A DNA stretch of 64,000 nt. It comes from Deltaproteobacteria bacterium (lineage in GTDB: Bacteria > Desulfobacterota > Desulfobacteria > Desulfobacterales > JAHEIW01). The notes under the pieces were generated by a model. It searched no databases. It saw only the letters and a program-made list of their open reading frames with translations, and was not told the origin of the DNA. The translations under genes were made by a program, and so were the position numbers. The stretch's first letter is position 1. Every line of letters starts with the position of its first letter. Positions 57,309-64,000 of the stretch are shown here, piece by piece. The stretch lies in the NCBI GenBank assembly GCA_024639185.1, contig JAHEIW010000005.1, positions 12,121 to 76,120 on the forward strand, written 5' to 3'.

Positions 57309-58847
57309 ATGAACGATCATGTATTGATATTTGATACCACATTAAGGGATGGTGAGCAGAGTCCGGGCGCCAGCATGAATACGGCCGAAAAATTGCGAAT
57401 CGCGACCCAATTGGAAAAATTGGGTGTCGATATCCTCGAGGCCGGTTTCCCGGCTGCCTCCGATGGCGATCTGGAAGCGGTATCTCGAATTGCCGGTAAG
57501 CTGAAAAAAACAGAAGTGGCCGCCCTGGCACGGACTTCCAAAAGCGATATCGACCGGGCCTGGGCAGCCATCCGCCACGCAGCCAAGCCTCGCATACATA
57601 CCTTTATCGCCACATCAGACATTCACCTGGAATACAAACTGAAAATGTCTCGTGAAGAAGTCGTCAGGGCCGCGGTTGAGGCAGTAAAATATGCCCGAAG
57701 CTTGACCGATAATGTCGAATTTTCAGCCGAAGATGGCTCGCGCAGCGATCGCGATTTTCTTTGCAACGTATTTGAAGCCGTCATCGAAGCCGGCGCCACA
57801 ACCGTAAATTTACCCGATACCGTCGGCTATGCCATTCCTCAGGAATTTTCCGAGCTGGTCAACTATGTCAGCACGCACACGCCCAATATCGGTAACGCCA
57901 TATTGAGCGTCCACTGCCACAATGATCTGGGGCTGGCCACCGCCAATACGCTTTCGGCCATCACTTCCGGCGCCCGGCAGGCTGAGGTCACCATCAACGG
58001 TATCGGTGAACGGGCCGGCAACACATCTCTTGAAGAAGTCGTTATGTCGCTGGTAACGCGTAACAATTCATTGGGGCTGACGACTTCCATTCAGACCGAA
58101 TACATTCATCCCACCAGCCGACTGGTGAGCATGATTACGGGCATAATGGTGCAACCCAATAAGGCCGTTGTTGGCGCCAATGCTTTTGCGCACGAGGCCG
58201 GAATCCATCAGGACGGCGTGCTGAAAAATCCCATGACCTATGAAATCATGAAGCCGGAAACGATCGGCCTGAGCACCAACAGGCTGGTTCTGGGCAAGCA
58301 TTCCGGACGGCATGCCTTGCGCTCCCGCTTAAAGAGCATGGGTTATGACTTATCCGATGAAGAAATCAACCTTGTCTTTACACGCTTTAAAGAACTGGCA
58401 GACAAAAAAAAGCATGTCGTCGATGAAGACCTTGAAGTCATCGTAACCGAGGGCATTTTGCGGACAACGGATATTTTCAAGCTTGAATACCTGCACGTTA
58501 CGGCCGGTACAACCGTATTGCCCATGGCCAGCGTCAAGCTGGGTATTAACGGTCGGCCGGTGCAGGGCGCAGGCTACGGAAACGGCCCTATCGATGCAGC
58601 TTTTAATGCCATCGGCAAACTAACCGGGACGGCGTCAGAACTGTTGCGCTTTTCGGTCAGCGCCCTGACGGGCGGTACCGATGCCCAGGGGGAAGTAACC
58701 GTTCGCCTGCGCGAAAACGGCCTTCTGGCCCTGGGCCGCGGGGCGGATCCTGATATTATTACAGCCGGCGCCAAAGCGTATGTCAACGGCTTAAACCGCC
58801 TGGAGTACCTGAAAACCCATCCGGTCAGAGAAGCCGTCGTCTTATAG
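57309..58847 (+). CDS. leuA: 2-isopropylmalate synthase
   Basis: 512 aa. IFDTTLRDGEQSPG, HCHNDLGLA, TINGIGERAGN, HQDG.LK. Confidence 0.9.
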   Translation: MNDHVLIFDTTLRDGEQSPGASMNTAEKLRIATQLEKLGVDILEAGFPAASDGDLEAVSRIAGKLKKTEVAALARTSKSDIDRAWAAIRHAAKPRIHTFIATSDIHLEYKLKMSREEVVRAAVEAVKYARSLTDNVEFSAEDGSRSDRDFLCNVFEAVIEAGATTVNLPDTVGYAIPQEFSELVNYVSTHTPNIGNAILSVHCHNDLGLATANTLSAITSGARQAEVTINGIGERAGNTSLEEVVMSLVTRNNSLGLTTSIQTEYIHPTSRLVSMITGIMVQPNKAVVGANAFAHEAGIHQDGVLKNPMTYEIMKPETIGLSTNRLVLGKHSGRHALRSRLKSMGYDLSDEEINLVFTRFKELADKKKHVVDEDLEVIVTEGILRTTDIFKLEYLHVTAGTTVLPMASVKLGINGRPVQGAGYGNGPIDAAFNAIGKLTGTASELLRFSVSALTGGTDAQGEVTVRLRENGLLALGRGADPDIITAGAKAYVNGLNRLEYLKTHPVREAVVL

Positions 58848-58997
58848 GAGTTTGGCGTACTGGAGCAATGCATTGCGTTTCGAGTTACGCGTTGCCGAGT
58901 TACGGGGTAAATGATGAAAACACCAGAATCCCGCATTCACGCGCAACCCGTGACACGCAACTGTGATCCATCCATTACTCCACGACTCCATCACTCC
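58847..58997. repeat. nested periodic-arm palindrome (outer word GGAG(T/C)AATG, inner word GTTACGCGTTGC)
   Basis: GGAGTTTGGCGTACTGGAGCAATGCATTGCGTTTCGAGTTACGCGTTGCCGAGTTACGGGG faces CCGCATTCACGCGCAACCCGTGACACGCAACTGTGATCCATCCATTACTCCACGACTCCATCACTCC. Spans the whole gap between the convergent leuA and pyrD stop codons. Confidence 0.75.
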
Positions 58998-59932
58998 AAT
59001 GTCTGAGGTGCATGGGTTTCCAGGGTTCCGATGATATCGACGACACTGGCAATTTTTCTTTGTGCCAGAAAGGTTTCGATGCCATCAATAATATCGGTGG
59101 TCACCTGCGGGTTAATAAAATTGGCAGTGCCGATTTGAACGGCTGATGCCCCCGCAATTAAAAACTCGAGTGCATCTTGTGCGCATATGATGCCGCCGAT
59201 ACCGACAACCGGGATCTTTGTCGCCCGGACCACCTGCCATACCATTCGCAGCGCGACCGGTTTGATGGCCGGACCTGATAAGCCGCCCGTGATATTGGCA
59301 ATTTTGGGTCGTCGGGTTTCAATGTCAATGGCCATGCCGGTAATGGTGTTGATCAGGGAAAGCGAATCGGCACCAGCCTCTTCGACCGCACGCGCGATCA
59401 GGGTGATATCGGTCACATTCGGAGATAATTTTACCATCAGGTGTTTGGCTGTTTTTTCACGTACGGCCTTGACCACACGATGGGCAGCTTGCGGATCGGC
59501 GCCAAAAGCGATCCCCCCCGCTTTTACGTTCGGGCATGAAATGTTGACTTCCACTCCAGCGATGCCTTCCAGCACGTCCAGGCGCGCAGCCAGCTCAGCG
59601 TAATCCTCGATACAGGCACCATAGATATTTGCAAAAATCGGCGGTGACAATGTTTTTAAGAACGGAAGCTTCTGTTCAGCAAAGGCGTTTAGACCCACAT
59701 TTTCCAGACCAATGGCATTGAGCATACCACAGGGGGTTTCAACAATTCGCGGCGGCGGGTTGCCTTTGGTGGGATTCAACGCAAGGCCTTTGACAATGAT
59801 GGCGCCCAGGCGATTCAAATCCATCAGCCCTTCAAATTCCTGAGCATAGCCGAATGTGCCGGACGCGGTCAGTACCGGATTCTGAAGTTTGATATCACCC
59901 AGAATGACGCTAAGGTCTGGTTTTTTGTTCAT
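58991..59932 (-). CDS. pyrD: dihydroorotate dehydrogenase, class 1 catalytic subunit
   Basis: ATG at 59932 gives MNKKPDLSVILGDIKLQNPVL. ASGTFGY, NISCPNV (Cys active-site base) and GGI motifs are present. No pyrK is seen adjacent. Confidence 0.9.
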   Translation of the reverse strand: MNKKPDLSVILGDIKLQNPVLTASGTFGYAQEFEGLMDLNRLGAIIVKGLALNPTKGNPPPRIVETPCGMLNAIGLENVGLNAFAEQKLPFLKTLSPPIFANIYGACIEDYAELAARLDVLEGIAGVEVNISCPNVKAGGIAFGADPQAAHRVVKAVREKTAKHLMVKLSPNVTDITLIARAVEEAGADSLSLINTITGMAIDIETRRPKIANITGGLSGPAIKPVALRMVWQVVRATKIPVVGIGGIICAQDALEFLIAGASAVQIGTANFINPQVTTDIIDGIETFLAQRKIASVVDIIGTLETHAPQTLE

Positions 59933-60219
59933 CGTTATTCTTTTCTGCTGCTGCTGGCAGCGCATTTAATGTTGACCGGGTCAATCTGCCCCTGTTGACG
60001 CCATTTGTTCGGGGTTGGTTTGAAATATCATGGATGTCCCCGGCATCTGATCTCTTCATCGGTAAAATTTCTCCGGCCGTTTTCAGCCCTGTTCAACAAA
60101 ATCATTGTCAAGCTCGGTTCCCGGGCTGTATGTATAAAGTAAATTCAACCCGGGGTCAACGACGCCGTTGTAAAATCCAGCAGGGTAGCCAAACCCCAGG
60201 CCTTCAGAGACGATCATCA

Positions 60220-60594
60220 ATGAAAAACAATCCGAATAAAACCCTATCCCAAATTGCATTGATTTTCACCCCGTGGCCGCTTTTCAAACAACCTTCAATT
60301 CAACTGGGTACCCTAAAAGCCTATTTAAAAGAGCGCATACCCGACCTGCAAATTGACCTCTGCACTTTACGTCATCAAACGCATTAAAAAAAGTTTCCAG
60401 CGGTAACGATCGTTGTGGACGGGGCCTTAACGCCGGCAATTGCCGCACCGGCCATTTTAAAAAACTTCGTTGAAATCGACTATTTGACCAACCGGCATCA
60501 AATACTTTCAGTGGCCATGTCAGAAAAAAATAAGTATTTTAGCCTGGCCGCACCTGTGAGGCCAACAGCCATTACACAACGTTGGATCCCTTGA
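60220..60594 (+). pseudogene. decayed remnant of a B12-binding-domain radical SAM gene
   Basis: MKNNPNKTLSQIALIFTPWPLFKQPSIQLGTLKAYLKE... ends at a stop (60385-60387). It then continues in the same frame as KKFPAVTIVVDGALTPAIAAPAILKNFVEIDYL... up to TGA 60592-60594. This resembles the N-terminal B12-binding domain with an internal deletion. No CxxxCxxC radical SAM core follows. Confidence 0.4.
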
Positions 60595-60913
60595 TAGGGA
60601 ACCTGTGTACATGCCATTGAAGTATAAGAAATTACTTTGTTGAAATTAATGACCTAATGCTTATGTTAGTTCAAACGCGAAAAGCCCAACCGCACCGGGC
60701 CCCGGTATAAGCGCTGATACAGATGAGATGCATTGAGGAGGGCGCCAGCCGCATCCGAGTTGTGATATCGTCTACGCTCATCAACCGTATATAATTCCAT
60801 TCTATGGTTATACTATCAATTAGCATCTGTTGCCGTGGTTTAACTTTTGCCCGATGACGAAGGTTTGCACCCAATGAAAAATGTGTCATGGTACCAAAGG
60901 AGGAGTAACAAAT

Positions 60914-62077
60914 ATGGATAAGATCAAAATTGCGATAGCCGGATTAGGAAACTGTGCCAGCTCCCTCGTGCAGGGGATTTATTATTATCAGGATAAGGGT
61001 CCGGATGATGCCATTGGCCTGATGCACTGGGAAATCGGAGGATACACGCCCGCTGACATTGAAGTCGTGGCGGCGTTTGATATCGACAAGCGCAAGGTCG
61101 GCCAGGATGTCAACTCCGCAATACGCTCTGATCCCAACTGCACTCGGGTATTTTGCGACCACCTGCCCGCCTCGGGTGTTACCGTCCAAATGGGTCGGAT
61201 CCTGGATGGTATCGCTGATCATATGAAAGAATACGAAGACCGCCATACCTTTTTGCCGGCGGATCGACCGGAACCTTCTCTGGAAGAGGTTGTCGCAATT
61301 TTGAAGGAATCCGGGGCTGAAATTCTGCTCAACTACATGCCGGTCGGCTCAGAGAGAGCGGCCTTTTTCTATGCAGAATGCGCTCTCCAGGCAGAGGTGG
61401 CGTTTGTCAATAACATTCCGGTGTTTATTGCCAGTGATCCGCAATGGGCCAGGCGCTTTGCGGGAAAAAACCTGCCCCTGATCGGTGACGATATTAAATC
61501 CCAGCTGGGGGCGACCATTACCCACCGTGTCTTGACCGATCTGTTTAAAAAACGCGGTGTGAAGATGGAACGAACCTATCAGTTAAATACGGGCGGCAAT
61601 ACGGATTTTCTGAATATGCTCAACCGCCATCGGCTTAAATCCAAAAAGAAATCCAAAACCGAAGCCGTTCAATCGGTTACGGCCCGGCGACTGAAAAACG
61701 AAAATATCCACATCGGCCCCAGTGATTATGTGCCCTGGCAAAAGGATAATAAAATTTGCTTTATACGCATGGAAGGCAAACTATTCGGTGATGTCCCTAT
61801 GAATCTGGAACTCAGGCTTTCGGTGGAGGATTCGCCCAACTCGGCCGGGGTGGCCATAGATTCATTGCGCTGCGCAAAACTGGCCCTTGAGCGCAGCGAA
61901 GGCGGCGTATTGGAAGCACCATCCGCCTATTTTTGCAAACACCCGCCGCGCCAGTTTACCGACGATGAAGCCTATCAAATGCTGGAGAAATTTATCAAAA
62001 AATTCCCGGGCAATGTGCGTGAAATGTCCGATTATCGCCGTAAGAAAGAAACAAAAATAACGCTTAAAGAACATTAA
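60914..62077 (+). CDS. ino1: myo-inositol-1-phosphate (inositol-3-phosphate) synthase
   Basis: ATG at 60914 after AAAGGAGGAG gives MDKIKIAIAGLGNCASSLVQGIYYY.......GLMH...G.Y...D.E.VAAFD.D..KVG. This is closely collinear with actinobacterial/archaeal Ino1 as I remember it. Confidence 0.9.
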   Translation: MDKIKIAIAGLGNCASSLVQGIYYYQDKGPDDAIGLMHWEIGGYTPADIEVVAAFDIDKRKVGQDVNSAIRSDPNCTRVFCDHLPASGVTVQMGRILDGIADHMKEYEDRHTFLPADRPEPSLEEVVAILKESGAEILLNYMPVGSERAAFFYAECALQAEVAFVNNIPVFIASDPQWARRFAGKNLPLIGDDIKSQLGATITHRVLTDLFKKRGVKMERTYQLNTGGNTDFLNMLNRHRLKSKKKSKTEAVQSVTARRLKNENIHIGPSDYVPWQKDNKICFIRMEGKLFGDVPMNLELRLSVEDSPNSAGVAIDSLRCAKLALERSEGGVLEAPSAYFCKHPPRQFTDDEAYQMLEKFIKKFPGNVREMSDYRRKKETKITLKEH

Positions 62078-62151
62078 GTGCCGCTTTACCGTTTTGCCAT
62101 TTGTCCGTGCTTTCGTGATTTTTTATATTGCAGCTCGTTACGGTATCAACA

Positions 62152-63174
62152 TCAGCTGAAGAAATTCAAATTCGGTCTGGCAACGGTTTCGGGCCGCCGC
62201 TCAAAAAATAGTTGCAGTGCATGTTTGGCCCCAATCATGTTTTCAGCGCTCTGGATTGCACGGTAGAGCGTATGGCCAAATTTAAAGCTGGCGGAATAAT
62301 AGTAGCCAAATCTTTTAAAGCGCCGCAACGCCTGGGACGCATTAAAATGGGTCTCTAAGAGGTCGGCCAACCGTAAGGCGCAGTCCAAATAGAGGTCGTC
62401 TTTGGACTGATATCCCATCGTCCACTCTGCAAACAGCCACGGTCTGGCAATTGCCATTCGGCCGATGGCAACACCATCACACCCGGTGGTTAACAGCATT
62501 TTTAAACAATCCGTTTGATCAAAGACGTTTCCATTACCAAACACCGGGATGCTCACGGCCTGCTTTACCCTGCCGATATATTCCCATTTGGGCGGTCGTG
62601 AGCGACGATCCGGTGCAACCCTCGGATGGAACGTCAACGCATCTGCGCCAACGTCTTCGAAACGCCGGGCCATTTCAACTGCCCAACGGGGTTGATCTTG
62701 CCAGCCGGTACGGTATTTGACAAACACAGGAATGGATATGGCTTTGCGAACCTGGGACACGATCTTTGCAGCCAGCACCGGGGTATTCAAAATCGCCGCT
62801 CCGCAATTTTGCCGGCAGATAGTGATGTCGGAACAGCCGAAATTGATGTCGACGCCCAAAAACCCTTCGGCTTCAACACGCCGGGCGGCAAGCGCCATGC
62901 GGTCCGGATCAGCACCGAAAATCTGACAGACCAATCGCGAAAGCTCAGCATCCCGCCACCTGAAATATGTCGAGCGATACCGGTTTTCCTGAGGTATTCG
63001 CTTGGCACTGCACATCTCACTGAACAACAGGCCATACCCGCCGAACTGCTCGACCAGTTCCCGAAAAGCTACATTACCTAAAAACGCCATGGGTGCCATC
63101 ACCAGTCGTTTTTGGATCGTCCGGCTGCCAATGGCAAGCGGTTGATTGAGTATGTCAGCAAGCTCAGTTTTCAT
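62152..63174 (-). CDS. tRNA-dihydrouridine synthase (Dus family)
   Basis: LVMAPMA...AFREL, D.NFGC, K.R.GW and HPR motifs. The start is uncertain (ATG 63174 or 63186, or TTG 63243 as in the track). Confidence 0.75.
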   Translation of the reverse strand: MKTELADILNQPLAIGSRTIQKRLVMAPMAFLGNVAFRELVEQFGGYGLLFSEMCSAKRIPQENRYRSTYFRWRDAELSRLVCQIFGADPDRMALAARRVEAEGFLGVDINFGCSDITICRQNCGAAILNTPVLAAKIVSQVRKAISIPVFVKYRTGWQDQPRWAVEMARRFEDVGADALTFHPRVAPDRRSRPPKWEYIGRVKQAVSIPVFGNGNVFDQTDCLKMLLTTGCDGVAIGRMAIARPWLFAEWTMGYQSKDDLYLDCALRLADLLETHFNASQALRRFKRFGYYYSASFKFGHTLYRAIQSAENMIGAKHALQLFFERRPETVARPNLNFFS

Positions 63175-63385
63175 TATACGCGTCATTTTTAAGGTGCAAT
63201 GGTTTTTGGGGCGGCTTTTCAATTTAGCAAATCTGATGATCAAATTAAACTGCTTTCTGTCAGGCCTTCTAGCGATGGCTGACGCCGCGGTAAAAAGATC
63301 GTTTTTATTTGAAAAAATAACAGGGATTGCCTATAGTTTTTTTTTCGCAACAGGCAATCTGATTTCTTACTAAAGGGTGTTTCTG

Positions 63386-64000
63386 ATGTCCATCAAAGGC
63401 ATCGCCGTTATCGGTTCGACCACGATCGATAAGATCATTTTTAGGGATTGCAGCCGGCTTAAAGCCGGTGGCGTTACGCTTTATTCCGGTACAACCTACA
63501 GCCGGCACGGCTTTCACACAATAGCGATCACCAACATCGCCACCCACGATGGCCACCTTATTGAGCGTTTGGAGAATCAAGGAATTTTTGTTTGTTCAGG
63601 TGCGACACCGCAAACAACCCATTTCATAAACGACCTCCGCAGCGAGGACCGCCGACAGAAAAATCCGACTCGGGCCGTTACGATCCGCCGAAGTCAAATA
63701 TGGGAACATATCAATGATGTCAAATTTGTGCATTTGGGACCGTTGCACCCTGATGATATCGATGTCCGGGCCACACATTCGCTAGGGACCCTGGATCTGA
63801 CCGTCATCCTGGATATCCAGGGTCTGGTCAGAACGGTTAGAGACGGCAACGTGTACCCGGCTGTTGCGCCACAATTAAGTGATGCCCTCAGCGTCGCACA
63901 GATCGTCAAAGCCAATCAACATGAATATGCAACCCTGCTTGCATTTTTTCAGTCGGATCTGATGACTGTGATGCGCAAATTTGATATCCGCGAATTCATC
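63386..64000 (+). CDS. PfkB-family (ribokinase-like) sugar/inositol kinase, 5' part (runs off the window)
   Basis: Frame is open from ATG 63386 to the window end (205 codons): MSIKGIAVIGSTTIDKI....LKAGGVTLYSG..YS..G. It is not in the ORF track because no stop is reached. Confidence 0.5.
   Translation, partial: MSIKGIAVIGSTTIDKIIFRDCSRLKAGGVTLYSGTTYSRHGFHTIAITNIATHDGHLIERLENQGIFVCSGATPQTTHFINDLRSEDRRQKNPTRAVTIRRSQIWEHINDVKFVHLGPLHPDDIDVRATHSLGTLDLTVILDIQGLVRTVRDGNVYPAVAPQLSDALSVAQIVKANQHEYATLLAFFQSDLMTVMRKFDIREFI

Noticed and set aside
59995-60387. 130-aa ORF as an intact gene.
   Set aside because: Only the last 55 residues resemble a known domain. The first 75 residues have no recognisable motif or RBS. 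The recognisable part is truncated and continues past a stop, so it is treated as a pseudogene remnant.
62036-62125. A full periodic-arm palindrome spanning the ino1 stop codon.
   Set aside because: The A-rich run (ino1 tail) and the T-rich CGTG-word run are only weakly complementary by eye. It is mentioned as a possible decayed copy but not listed as a feature.

Overview
This is a 64-kb chromosomal segment of roughly 50 % G+C, judged by eye. The gene content points to an anaerobic Desulfobacterota, probably a Desulfobacterales-like sulfate reducer; that taxonomic call is inference only. The supporting genes are a selenocysteine HdrA-MvhD, a giant HdrA/GltD/MvhD fusion, an HdrD-like CCG protein, two 2-oxoacid:ferredoxin oxidoreductase (OFOR) operons and a citramalate-type ilv/leu cluster. 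I call about 50 CDS and one tRNA (initiator tRNA-fMet). I saw no rRNA, CRISPR array, cas gene, transposase or integrase.

Layout:
- 1-17 kb, all on the minus strand: an OFOR / Hdr-like redox supercluster with an embedded GAF histidine kinase and a receiver-only response regulator.
- 17-31 kb: housekeeping genes (mltG, a PAS-GGDEF-EAL protein, nagZ, tsaD, purM, an aminotransferase, hom, thrH, a thioesterase, hldE).
- 31.4-34.1 kb: a strongly AT-rich islet abutting the tRNA. It carries a small Arg-rich ORF, a STAS-like ORF and a REC-GGDEF regulator.
- 34-51 kb: envelope, translation and secretion genes (lptA, ftsB, murJ, rpsT, lptE, leuS, rng, yajC-secDF, dprA, topA).
- 51.5-59 kb: ilvBNC-cimA-leuA behind a leader-peptide attenuator.
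- 59-64 kb: pyrD, a decayed radical-SAM remnant, ino1, dus and a partial PfkB kinase.

Signals most worth a second look:
1. A recurrent family of intercistronic long hairpins. Their arms are degenerate 7-8 nt tandem word arrays, and I do not recognise the family as described.
2. An in-frame UGA (Sec) in hdrA with an fdhF-like GGUC-loop SECIS hairpin. The ORF track splits this gene in two.
3. The Hdr/OFOR supercluster with its internal two-component system.
4. The low-GC c-di-GMP islet and two small proteins that share a GPERR..DRR..EEG block.
5. A classical Ile/Leu/Val leader peptide with terminator and antiterminator upstream of ilvB.

All product calls rest on recognising family motifs by eye. 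No database search, folding or statistics could be run.
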